Source: an uncultured Gemmatimonadales bacterium (lineage in GTDB: Bacteria > Gemmatimonadota > Gemmatimonadetes > Longimicrobiales > Gaopeijiaceae). Taken from it: a stretch of 64,000 bases of DNA. The stretch is from positions 96,001 to 160,000 of the forward strand of contig CAWELD010000003.1 of NCBI GenBank assembly GCA_963809895.1, read 5' to 3'. Positions 33,620 to 42,445 of the stretch are shown here, one piece after another. The stretch's first letter is position 1. The number at the start of each line of letters is the position of its first letter. The notes under the pieces were generated by a model that searched no databases, was not told the DNA's origin, and was given only the letters and a program-made list of their open reading frames with translations. Made by a program: the position numbers and the translations under genes.

Positions 33620-33707
33620 CGGCTTGTCAGGGTTTCGTCGGTTCGGGAGATTGGGGCATGCGTCCCCCCTGTACGGTCCCCGTCCCGGATCGCCCGCCCG
33701 CCCCCAG

Positions 33708-34685
33708 GTGGCTTCTTTGACCGAGGGTCGGGAGAAGAGACTGACCCCGCGCCCCAACCAGGCTGCGCTGGCCCTGGCGTTGGGCTACGCGGTGGTCGCC
33801 GGCCTCTATATCGTCTTCTCGTCCGAGATCGCGGCCCGCCTGTCGGCATCCGTCAGCGACCTGGCCCGCATCGAGCTCCTGAAGGGTGTGGGCTTCGTCG
33901 TGGTCACGTCGGGAGCCCTCTTCCTCCTGGCCCGTGGAATTCTGGGTGAGGTGGCGCGGCGTGGTCTGGAGTTGGCCGAGCGCAACGTGGCCCTCCAGCG
34001 CTCCGAACGGGTGGCCACCGCCGGACTGCTGGCCGCATCGCTGGCTCACGACATCAACAACGTCCTGACGTCGGTGCGCATGAGCCTCGGCCTGCTCGAG
34101 GAGGCCGAGGGCGACGCCGCGACCCGGCGAGAGATGGAGGACTCCCTGGCCCGGGTGAGCGCGCTCTCCCGTCGATTGCTCAGCGTGGCCGGCGCGGAGC
34201 GGGAGGATTCCCGGGACTACGAGCTGACCGACGCCGTAGATGAAGGCCTCGCGCTGGCCGCCATTCACGTCGACGTGCGGCGCTGCACGGTGGAGCGTGC
34301 GTACCCGGGACATGCGATCCGACTGCGGGGGCCGGCGCGCCTACTGAGCCGGGCGGTCCTGAACCTGGTGGTGAACGCCGCCGAAGCGACGGGTCCGGGG
34401 GGCCGCATTCGCGTGGTGGCGAGGGCTCGGGACGCGGGCGGGGTGGTGGAGGTGCACGACGACGGGCCCGGGCTGAGCGGCGAGGGCGAGGCGGCCATCT
34501 TCCAGCCGTTCTACACGACCAAGAAGACCGGCACCGGCCTCGGACTGCTCTCCGTACGGGCCTGCGCCGAGGAGCACGGAGGCTCGGTGGAGGTGATCGA
34601 GTCCGCGCTCGGAGGGGCAGCCTTCCGCATGAACCTGCCCGGTGTGGACGAGAGGACCGGGGATCAGTCGTCCAGCCAGGCGTAG
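33708..34685 (+). CDS. Membrane sensor histidine kinase (two TM helices, HisKA, HATPase)
   Basis: SLAHDINNVL H-box, NLVVNAAEA, DDGPG, FYTTK, GTGLGL. Start uncertain. Confidence 0.9.
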   Translation: MASLTEGREKRLTPRPNQAALALALGYAVVAGLYIVFSSEIAARLSASVSDLARIELLKGVGFVVVTSGALFLLARGILGEVARRGLELAERNVALQRSERVATAGLLAASLAHDINNVLTSVRMSLGLLEEAEGDAATRREMEDSLARVSALSRRLLSVAGAEREDSRDYELTDAVDEGLALAAIHVDVRRCTVERAYPGHAIRLRGPARLLSRAVLNLVVNAAEATGPGGRIRVVARARDAGGVVEVHDDGPGLSGEGEAAIFQPFYTTKKTGTGLGLLSVRACAEEHGGSVEVIESALGGAAFRMNLPGVDERTGDQSSSQA

Positions 34686-35128
34686 GGGCGCTCGTAGAAC
34701 TGGCCGCACCCGCGGATCCCTCCATTCGTCGTGCGTTCCTTCCAGCGGATGACCCAGCCGCGCACCTCGTCCTGGAGCACCTCGTACTCGAAGTGGGTGG
34801 ATTCGGCGCGCTCCGCCAGGAAGCGCGAGAGGTTCGGGGGCAGGTTGGGGATCCCCTCGACCTCCACGTCGGTGCGGTGCTCCAACAGCGCCAGTTGCGC
34901 CTGAGACGCGGCGAGCTTCAGGGACCGCAGAGCCTCTTCCACCGAAGACAACACCTCGCCCAGCGCTTCGGCCGGCGAGGCGCCGGTGCGCCGCATGATC
35001 TCGCGGACCAGCGCACCCGTGCCCGGCGCCTCCAGCTCGTCGCGGATGCGTCGCAGCTGGGACGTCAGGCGTTCGTGGAGGCGCAGCAGCTGGGCGTACT
35101 CGCGCCGTGCGCTGTAGAGGTCGTCCAC
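34664..35128 (-). CDS. Hypothetical protein with a helical N-terminus
   Basis: GTG 35128 after GGAG; VDDLYSARREY...GQFYERPYAWLDD. Confidence 0.7.
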   Translation of the reverse strand: MDDLYSARREYAQLLRLHERLTSQLRRIRDELEAPGTGALVREIMRRTGASPAEALGEVLSSVEEALRSLKLAASQAQLALLEHRTDVEVEGIPNLPPNLSRFLAERAESTHFEYEVLQDEVRGWVIRWKERTTNGGIRGCGQFYERPYAWLDD

Positions 35129-35208
35129 GGGCGGGTCTCCGGAGGATGGATGGGACGACAGGGAATTAACCGGCCCCGGGGCCGGGCCGCAACGGTCGAC
35201 GGGAGCGC

Positions 35209-35568
35209 TCAGCCCTCGTCCTCGCGCCCCTCCCGGGCTTCGAGGGCGTCGAGGAGCTCTCGTTCCCGCTCCAACGCCTCGCGCACGACTCGAAGGGAGT
35301 CCGACTCCGACGGCGCGCCCCGTTCCTGGGCGTGCTCCGCCTGCAGCTTCTGCATGCGGGCGCGAGGGTGGGGGCGAAGGGGCTGGTCGTGTCGCGTGTT
35401 CCGCACCTCGTAGGCGAACACCATCTGGCGGAGCTCGCCGAGGAGCCGGAGGACCGAGTGGGAGCGATCGGGCAGCACGCCCTCTTCGTCCATGCGCACG
35501 ATCAGACGCGCGAAGTGCGTCAGCTCCTGTCGAAGCTCGTCGGCCGTGATGTCGTCGTAGCGTCCCAT
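35209..35568 (-). CDS. Hypothetical helical protein
   Basis: MGRYDDITADELRQEL...; co-oriented with its neighbours, typical codon usage. Confidence 0.7.
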   Translation of the reverse strand: MGRYDDITADELRQELTHFARLIVRMDEEGVLPDRSHSVLRLLGELRQMVFAYEVRNTRHDQPLRPHPRARMQKLQAEHAQERGAPSESDSLRVVREALERERELLDALEAREGREDEG

Positions 35569-35633
35569 GCTTCCGGAATACCCCACAAGCAGCGGAGCGT
35601 TGTCGCGGCTCGCCCCACTTCTTCAACACTCTC

Positions 35634-37739
35634 CTACGTCGTGAGGCGCACCCGGGCGTCGACGGCTCGCACGCCCTCCGGAAAGGCCAGGAGCGGGTTG
35701 ATGTCCAGCTCGGCGATGCCCAGGTGCTCTCCCACGAGCTGCGACACCCGCTGGATCACCTCCACCAGGGCCTCCTCGTCGGCGGCCGCCTCGCCCCGCA
35801 CTCCGCTGAGCAGCCGATGGCCCCGGAGGCCGTGGATCATGTCCCGTGCGTCCTGCTCCGACACGGGCTGGATCCGGAAGGAGACGTCACCGAGCGCCTC
35901 CACGTAGATCCCCCCGAGCCCGAACATGAGGACGGGGCCGAAGCCGGCATCGGCGCTGACCCCCACGATGGTCTCGCGACCCCCGGCGAGGAAGCGCTCC
36001 ACGAGCCAACCCCGCATGTCGGCGTCGGGGTGGGCCTCGCGCACCGAGGTCCCGATCTGCGCGACGGCGTTGCGCACGTCGACGGCGCTCCGCAGGTCGA
36101 CCCGCACGGCGCCGATGTCCGTCTTGTGGATCACGTCGGGCGAGAGGACCTTCACCACCACCGGGTACCCCATGTCCTCGGCTGCGTCCACTGCGGCGTC
36201 GGCGTCGGCGACCACCCGGTGCTCCACCGTGGGGATGCCGTAGGCCTGGAGCACCTCGAGCGCCTCGTGCTCGAGCAGCCCCGCGCGCCCCTCGCTCCGA
36301 GCCGCCTCGACGAGCGCGGCCACCCGCTCCCGATCGACTTCGAAGGAGGTGGGTTCGGAGACCGGGCGATCCAGCCAGCGCCGATAGCGGTGCATGGCCG
36401 CCAGCGCCCGCGCCGCCGACTCGGGGAAGATGTAGGCGGGGATGCCCGCCTCGTGCAGTTGCGCTTTGCCCTCGGGGAGGCCTTCTCGGCCCATGAGGAC
36501 CGCCAGAACGGGCTTGTCGGGGTGCCGCTGCCGGGCCTCCACGATGCAGGCGGCGACGTCGATCTGGCGGATGCCCAGGGGCGGCACGAACGCCGCCACG
36601 GCTGCGTCGACCCGGGCGTCCGCCAGCACGAGGTCCAGGGCGTTCCGGTAACTCTCACCCGTGGCGGAGGCGATCATGTCCACGGGATTTCGCACCGAGG
36701 CCTCTTCCGGGAGCACGTCGCGCAGGCGAGCCTGGGTGTCGGCGGTGAGCTCCACGATGTCGAGGCCTGCGGACTCGCACGCGTCGGCGATGATGATCCC
36801 CGGCCCACCCGCATTGGTCACGATGGCCACGCGGTTGCCGCGGGGTACGGGCTGGTCTTCGAAGGCCATGGCGATGTCGAAGAGCTCCTCGACACTGTCC
36901 GCTCTCAGCACACCACACTGCGCCAGCAGCGCGTCCGTGGCGTCGTCGGCACCGGCCAGCGCCCCCGTGTGAGACGAAGCGGCGCGGGCGCCCGCCCGGG
37001 TGCGGCCCGACTTTACCACCACGATGGGCTTCTTGCGGGTGACGCGGCGCGCGACACGCGTGAAGCGTCGGGGGTTCCCGAAGTTCTCCAGGTACATCAG
37101 GATCACCCGGGTGCCGGGGTCATCCTCCCAGTACTCGAGCAGATCGTTGCCGCTCACGTCCGGCTTGTTGCCCACCGACACGAAGTGGTGGATCCCGATT
37201 CCGTACTCCGCGGCGTAATCCAGGATCGTCACGCCCAGGGCGCCGGATTGGCTCATGAAGCTCATGGGCCCCGCGGGCGGCATGGTGGGCGCGAAGGTCG
37301 CGTTCATGGACAGAGCTTCCTCCGTATTGAGGATGCCCATGCAGTTGGGGCCCACCAGCCGCATCCCGTGGGCCCGGACCCGCGAGAGGAGTTCGCGCTC
37401 CCGCTCGATCCCCGGCCCGCCGACCTCCTTGAATCCGGCGGTGATCACCACCAGCGCCTTGACGCCCTTGGCGCCGCACTCGTCGACCACACGCAGCACC
37501 ACGTCCTTGGGCACCACCACCACCGCGAGATCGATGTCGTCGGGGATGTCGGTGACCGAAGGGTAGGCGGGAATGGAGTGCACTGCCCTGGCCGTCGGGT
37601 TGACGGGATACACCACCCCGCGGTATCCGTGGCGGAGGAGGTTTTCGAGGATCTGGTAACCGATGGTCCCGGGACGCCGTGATGCGCCGACCACGGCCAC
37701 GGACCCGGGACGAAACAGTGGGTCGAGTGAGGTAGGCAT
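35634..37739 (-). CDS. Acetate/acyl-CoA ligase (ADP-forming) family, fused alpha-beta subunits
   Basis: VAVVGAS, GPNCMG, SQSGA, SHTGALAG (phospho-His), NPVDM, HKTDIG, ELDINPL. Confidence 0.93.
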   Translation of the reverse strand: MPTSLDPLFRPGSVAVVGASRRPGTIGYQILENLLRHGYRGVVYPVNPTARAVHSIPAYPSVTDIPDDIDLAVVVVPKDVVLRVVDECGAKGVKALVVITAGFKEVGGPGIERERELLSRVRAHGMRLVGPNCMGILNTEEALSMNATFAPTMPPAGPMSFMSQSGALGVTILDYAAEYGIGIHHFVSVGNKPDVSGNDLLEYWEDDPGTRVILMYLENFGNPRRFTRVARRVTRKKPIVVVKSGRTRAGARAASSHTGALAGADDATDALLAQCGVLRADSVEELFDIAMAFEDQPVPRGNRVAIVTNAGGPGIIIADACESAGLDIVELTADTQARLRDVLPEEASVRNPVDMIASATGESYRNALDLVLADARVDAAVAAFVPPLGIRQIDVAACIVEARQRHPDKPVLAVLMGREGLPEGKAQLHEAGIPAYIFPESAARALAAMHRYRRWLDRPVSEPTSFEVDRERVAALVEAARSEGRAGLLEHEALEVLQAYGIPTVEHRVVADADAAVDAAEDMGYPVVVKVLSPDVIHKTDIGAVRVDLRSAVDVRNAVAQIGTSVREAHPDADMRGWLVERFLAGGRETIVGVSADAGFGPVLMFGLGGIYVEALGDVSFRIQPVSEQDARDMIHGLRGHRLLSGVRGEAAADEEALVEVIQRVSQLVGEHLGIAELDINPLLAFPEGVRAVDARVRLTT

Positions 37740-37803
37740 ACCCAAAGGTATCGCTCTCCCCAACTGCCCTCCATGGCCCCCCACCGCACCGTGAGGCACC
37801 TGC

Positions 37804-38232
37804 ATGCCGGGAGCAACGCTCCGCCGCAGTCTGAGTTTTCGTGCCCGCCACCACTATGCCCGCCCGGGATGGGACGCCGTGCAGAACCGTGCGGCTTTCG
37901 GGAACCTCGCCGAGCCGCACGAGCACGACTATCGGCTCACGGTGTGGATCTCCGGACCCATGGAGGCGGAGACGGGCTTCGTCGTGTCGCTCGCGGACCT
38001 CGACCGCGCCCTGAGCGAGATCGTCGATCCGCTCCGGGACGGAGATCTCAACGCGCTGGTACCGCCGGTCGCCCAGGGCCGGACACTGGCCAGTTGCGAA
38101 GCGCTGGCCCACTGGTTCCGAAGCCGTATCGCCGAAGCTCTGCCCGAGGGCGTGGAGCTGGTGAGAGTCATGCTCGACGAGTCCGAGGATCTGGGCGCGT
38201 CGGTGGCGGGCGATGGGGGCCCCGTCGCTTGA
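37804..38232 (+). CDS. 6-pyruvoyl/6-carboxy-tetrahydropterin synthase family (QueD-like T-fold) protein
   Basis: FRARHHY, PHEHDYRLTV, ETGFVVSL, SCEALA, RVMLDES. Confidence 0.8.
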   Translation: MPGATLRRSLSFRARHHYARPGWDAVQNRAAFGNLAEPHEHDYRLTVWISGPMEAETGFVVSLADLDRALSEIVDPLRDGDLNALVPPVAQGRTLASCEALAHWFRSRIAEALPEGVELVRVMLDESEDLGASVAGDGGPVA

Positions 38233-38293
38233 TGCCGGCGGTCGGCGGGGGCATCTTGAGCCCGTCGCTCCCCTCAATCCGGCCAGTCGCACC

Positions 38294-38758
38294 ATGACGG
38301 ACCCGAAGGACCAGACCAGCGAGGGCGGCTCGAGACCCAGGCCCGCGCGCGAGGGAGCCCCCGCTCGTCCCGCGTCAGGGGCGGGGCAGCGTCCGACGCC
38401 CGTGCGGCAGGGCATGCCCGGCGAAGCTTCTGCCGCCGAAGACGTCCCCGCGCCGGAGACCGAATTCGAAACGGCCGACGGTGGCCGTTGGAAGGCACGG
38501 GTGGCGGGCCGCGGCCGTGCGGGATCCCCGGGCGATCCGGCGGCACCCCTCCTTCTGCTGGTGTTCGAGCCTGCGGAGCCCCGGGAGCCGGAGGGTGCCG
38601 ACCCACGGCGCGAGGCCCGGGAGGCGCTGGTCGTGGCAGACACTCTCGACGGTCTCTCCGAGGACCGCCTCCGGGAGCTGCTCGACGCCTCGCGCCCGGT
38701 GGGCTTCGAGCCGGGTGATTTCTTTCCTGGAACCCGTCGCGGCCGGCAGCGAGGCTGA
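38294..38758 (+). CDS. Hypothetical protein
   Basis: MTDPKDQ...WKARVAGR...APLLLLVFEP...LRELLDASRP. Confidence 0.65.
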   Translation: MTDPKDQTSEGGSRPRPAREGAPARPASGAGQRPTPVRQGMPGEASAAEDVPAPETEFETADGGRWKARVAGRGRAGSPGDPAAPLLLLVFEPAEPREPEGADPRREAREALVVADTLDGLSEDRLRELLDASRPVGFEPGDFFPGTRRGRQRG

Positions 38759-38898
38759 TTACCGTGTCGTTGTGACACGGGCGCCGTCATCCAGAGGACA
38801 CACTCCTTTTCGCCGTCCACCGCTCGCGGCGACGTCACCCGGCGCGGAAGCCCCGTGCTACGGGGCATTTCCGGTGCAGAGCCCCGCGATTGTGCATG

Positions 38899-38914
38899 TG
38901 GCACGGCCCCTGCT
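38899..38914 (+). promoter_or_regulatory. sigma54 (-24/-12) promoter
   Basis: TGGCACGGCCCCTGCT: GG 38900-38901, exactly 10 nt, GC 38912-38913; one mismatch to TGGCACG-N4-TTGCT. Confidence 0.7.
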
Positions 38915-38991
38915 CGTTCGCCCCTTGTACCAGGTCGGCACGAGCCGGCCGTCGACGAGGACGACCCCTGCGCGAGCGGGAGCGAGATATC

Positions 38992-39186
38992 ATGACGAGG
39001 AAGACGGGACGGGTGGAGCGAGGATCCGGTGAGGGGCGCGGGCGCGAAGGCGTTCCGGGCATCGTCATCGCCGAGGGGCGGCAGGGGTCGGACGAGCGAT
39101 CCCCGCGCATTTCCGCGTTCATTTGGGGAGGCAAGGTCCGTCCGACACCGACCTTGCCCTACGGCCGCTGGAAGGGCGTGGCCTGA
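38992..39186 (+). CDS. Small 64-aa hypothetical protein
   Basis: GGGAG 9 nt before ATG; lies between the sigma54 motif and an intrinsic terminator. Confidence 0.6.
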   Translation: MTRKTGRVERGSGEGRGREGVPGIVIAEGRQGSDERSPRISAFIWGGKVRPTPTLPYGRWKGVA

Positions 39187-39209
39187 CCCCTCCACCCACG
39201 GACTCCGAG

Positions 39210-39256
39210 GCGGCGACCTTCCGGCAATCGACCGGGGGGTCGCCGCTCTCCTTTTT
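39210..39256 (+). terminator. Intrinsic terminator
   Basis: 15-bp stem GCGGCGACCTTCCGG/CCGGGGGGTCGCCGC (2 G-U pairs) followed by TCTCCTTTTT. Confidence 0.7.
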
Positions 39257-39336
39257 AACGACCCGGGCCCATGGGCATCCCATCTCGTGAGGAGGGACGG
39301 TACCTCCAACGAGGCACAAGATTCAGGAGGTGTGTG

Positions 39337-39987
39337 ATGAGGATGCGAACGGTCGCCCTGGTGGGGGCGTTGATGCTGGGATCGGTGTCGTCGTCGTCGG
39401 CGCAGCGTCCGCAACAACAGCGGCGGATGCGGGCGGACGACGCCACACCGACGATGGGTGCCCGCGGCATGCGGGGACCCCGGGCGATGGGGCTGGATAC
39501 GCGGGTCGGCCAGCTCATGGACCGTCGATACGCGCTCGGGCTCGACGATGAGCAGATGAGCCAGCTCGGGGCGTTGCGGCAGGACGCGCACTCGCAACTC
39601 GCTCCCCTGCGCGAGGAGATGCAGGCTCTGCGGGAGGGGATTCGGGACGGGACGGTGACCGCGTCCGACGCGCGTGAACGGGGGCAGGCGTTGCGCGAGC
39701 GCGTGCAGGCCGCGGATACACCGCTCCGCGAGCGGCTCGAGAACCTGCTCACGCCGGAGCAGCGGGTGCAGCTTCGGGGACGGGCGTTGCGGGCCGGCGC
39801 CGCCAACCGTCCGGGCATGAGCGCCGGCCGTCGAGGCGGACTCCGCGGCGCGCCGGGCATGCGCCGCCGTCCTGGCGGCCAGGGAGGTCCTGCGGGGCAG
39901 GGTGGCCCACCCATGGGTCCACGCCGTGGCGGAGGTTCCCGGAACCCTGGCTTCCAGGGCTCGGCCGGGGGGTTCCCGCCGCGCTGA
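39337..39987 (+). CDS. Spy/CpxP-like periplasmic protein
   Basis: Signal peptide, LGLDDEQ and LLTPEQ motifs, Gly/Arg/Met-rich tails; AGGAGG RBS. Confidence 0.8.
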   Translation: MRMRTVALVGALMLGSVSSSSAQRPQQQRRMRADDATPTMGARGMRGPRAMGLDTRVGQLMDRRYALGLDDEQMSQLGALRQDAHSQLAPLREEMQALREGIRDGTVTASDARERGQALRERVQAADTPLRERLENLLTPEQRVQLRGRALRAGAANRPGMSAGRRGGLRGAPGMRRRPGGQGGPAGQGGPPMGPRRGGGSRNPGFQGSAGGFPPR

Positions 39988-40116
39988 CCACCGCTCCACG
40001 GGGTCCCTCCGGGGCCGGTCCGCGATCCCCCGTGCGGGGAACGCGGGTCGGCCCCTAGGTTTATGCGGGTCAGTTGGCGACCACGGCTCAACATCCCTCG
40101 ACCGTCCCGTGTCCTC

Positions 40117-40683
40117 ATGGCAGCACACGATCAGCTTGATGACAGTGCGCTCGTCCGGCGTGCCCGTGGGGGCGACGAGCGAGCGTACGGCACGCTGGTC
40201 CGACGCTACATGAGGTCCGCGTACGCGGTGGCCATGTCCGTAACCGGTCGCCACGAGGACGCGGAGGACGCCGCGCAGGAGTCGTTCCTCGTAGCACTGG
40301 AACGGCTGGAGGAATGTCGGAGTCCGGAGCGCTTCGGAGGATGGTTGATGACCATCGTCCGCAATCGCTCGCGAAACCTGGTGCGCAGGGAGTCGTTGCG
40401 GGATGCGGATCCCGTGCCGGACGGCGCGAGTAGCCGCACCCCCACCCCGGACCGGGTGACGGAACGGGTGGAGCTTCGGGAGCAGTTGCAGGAGGCGCTG
40501 GATCTGCTCCCACCCATCCAGAGGGAAATCGTGTTGCTGCACGATCTGGAAGGATGGAAACATCGTGAGATCGCGGAACGGCTGGAGATCCCCTCGGGGA
40601 CGGTCCGCTCCCATCTCCACTTCGCGCGGAAAGCCTTGCGTGGAGCGCTTGGTGTGACACTGGAAACCACGAGCGACGAATGA
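40117..40683 (+). CDS. ECF sigma-70 factor
   Basis: DAEDAAQESF, FGGWLMTIVRN, EIAERLEIPSGTVRSHLH. Confidence 0.95.
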   Translation: MAAHDQLDDSALVRRARGGDERAYGTLVRRYMRSAYAVAMSVTGRHEDAEDAAQESFLVALERLEECRSPERFGGWLMTIVRNRSRNLVRRESLRDADPVPDGASSRTPTPDRVTERVELREQLQEALDLLPPIQREIVLLHDLEGWKHREIAERLEIPSGTVRSHLHFARKALRGALGVTLETTSDE

Positions 40684-41111
40684 GCGACATCTTCGATCGG
40701 CCAGTTGGCGCTGCCGGCACGGATGGTGAGGGCGTCGATCCCGGATTGCACGAGATCCTGCTCCTTCTCGATCCGGAGCGGGCGCGCCCCGGCTACTGGG
40801 CACGGTTCCATCGGACGGTCCTGCGCAAGGCGTCGCAGGAGCTGTCTCGCCGTCGCGCCATGGCGGCGCTCACGGTGAGCGAGATGGTGTCTTCCTGGGC
40901 TAGAGCGGTGGTGCCCACGGCCCTCATGGCCGCCGCGGCCGCGGCGGTGATGCTCCTCAACGTTCCGGTCCCGGAGCCGCCTGCCGCGGCGTCGGTCGGA
41001 GTCGAGGAGATGCTTTCCGACGGGCTCGACGGAGAACCGATCCCATCGATCCTCTCCGACGACAATCTGCCCTCGCAGGAGGGCGCGGTGTTCGCGGCGG
41101 AGATCTACTGA
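40680..41111 (+). CDS. Putative single-TM anti-sigma factor
   Basis: ATGA-coupled to the sigma gene; YWARFHRTVL N-terminal domain plus one TM helix. Confidence 0.65.
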   Translation: MSDIFDRPVGAAGTDGEGVDPGLHEILLLLDPERARPGYWARFHRTVLRKASQELSRRRAMAALTVSEMVSSWARAVVPTALMAAAAAAVMLLNVPVPEPPAAASVGVEEMLSDGLDGEPIPSILSDDNLPSQEGAVFAAEIY

Positions 41112-41593
41112 TGCCGTCAGGGCTGCGGACCCGCGTTCTGTCCCTGTCCCTGCTCGCGTTGGTCTTCGTGTCCGGAGCCGTGGTGGGCGGTGCGGTGGAT
41201 CGGCGCATGACGGACCGATCGGCCGTGGCGGGCGATGGAGGGGAGGGCGCCATGCAATCTGCCCAGGCGGATTCCGCCAGCCGTCGCATGCCCATGTACG
41301 AGCAGGTCGGGTTGCGCGAAGGTCAGCGGGTCCAGATCGACTCCATCGTGGCGCACCACCGCAGCTCCATGAAGGACCTGGACAAGGAGTTCCGGGACGA
41401 CTATGAGGCCATGCGCGAGCTTCAGCGCCAGTACCGGGAGGCCTACAACCCCCGCTATTGGGCCATCGTGGACTCCACCCGCAACGCCATCAAGTCGGTT
41501 CTGGATCCGGAGCAGGCAGCCCGTTACGACTCCCTGCTGGCCGAGAACGACCGGCATCGCCGCACCGAGCGCCCAGACACCACGAGCAACTGA
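41111..41593 (+). CDS. Membrane-anchored periplasmic Spy/ZraP-like helical protein
   Basis: LALVFVSGAVVG TM, VGLREGQ and VLDPEQ motifs. Confidence 0.7.
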   Translation: MPSGLRTRVLSLSLLALVFVSGAVVGGAVDRRMTDRSAVAGDGGEGAMQSAQADSASRRMPMYEQVGLREGQRVQIDSIVAHHRSSMKDLDKEFRDDYEAMRELQRQYREAYNPRYWAIVDSTRNAIKSVLDPEQAARYDSLLAENDRHRRTERPDTTSN

Positions 41594-41741
41594 CGTGTGC
41601 CTTCCCGGACGCGCCCGCCGGTCGGGACCTTCGTTTCGACCGGCCGGGCCCTCGTCGTGCCTCCAGCCGAGAGGCTCGGGGACCGGGACAAGGACACGCA
41701 CACACCAGGGCCCAGCCAACGGCCCGAGAGGATGAAGAGGA

Positions 41742-42443
41742 ATGAGCGAGGTCATTCGAACGGAAGGGATCGTGAAGGACTACGTGCTGGGTGCGGAGAC
41801 GGTGCACGCGGTGCGGGGGGTGGATCTGCTGATCGGGCGGGGTGAGTTCGTGGCGGTGATGGGTCCGTCGGGATCGGGCAAGAGCACGTTCATGAACATC
41901 CTGGGGTGCCTGGATACGCCCACGGCGGGGAAGTACTGGCTGAACGGGCAGTTGGTGAGTGAGCTGAGGGACGACGACCTGGCGCGGGTGCGGAACCAGC
42001 TGATCGGGTTCGTCTTCCAGACCTTCAACCTTCTGCCGCGGGCGACGTGCCTGCACAACGTGGAGCTTCCGCTGATCTACGCGGGAATGAACGCGAAGGA
42101 GCGTCGGCGGCGGGCGGCGGAGAAGCTGGAGCTGGTGGGCCTCGGTGACCGGATGGAGCACAAGCCACCGGAGATCAGCGGCGGCCAGCGGCAGCGGGTG
42201 GCGGTGGCGCGGGCGCTGGTGAACGAGCCGGCGCTGCTGCTGGCCGACGAGCCGACGGGCAATCTGGATTCGGCGACCTCCGCCGAGATCATGGGGGTGT
42301 TGAGGGACCTGAACGACGAAGGACAGACCATCGTGCTGGTGACGCACGAGCACGACATCGCCGAATACGCCAAGCGGCAGGTCCACCTGCGCGACGGCGT
42401 CATCGAGAGTGATTTCATGAACGCGCCGTCCGGAGTGGTGTGA
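41742..42443 (+). CDS. ABC transporter ATP-binding protein (MacB/LolD type)
   Basis: [39 protein letters not shown]. Confidence 0.96.
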   Translation: MSEVIRTEGIVKDYVLGAETVHAVRGVDLLIGRGEFVAVMGPSGSGKSTFMNILGCLDTPTAGKYWLNGQLVSELRDDDLARVRNQLIGFVFQTFNLLPRATCLHNVELPLIYAGMNAKERRRRAAEKLELVGLGDRMEHKPPEISGGQRQRVAVARALVNEPALLLADEPTGNLDSATSAEIMGVLRDLNDEGQTIVLVTHEHDIAEYAKRQVHLRDGVIESDFMNAPSGVV

Positions 42444-42445
42444 CG

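Noticed and set aside
26659..37739. Deacetylase plus acyl-CoA ligase as a Pat-type acetylation switch
   Set aside because: The ligase has no GNAT domain and retains the catalytic His; the genes are about 8 kb apart on opposite strands.
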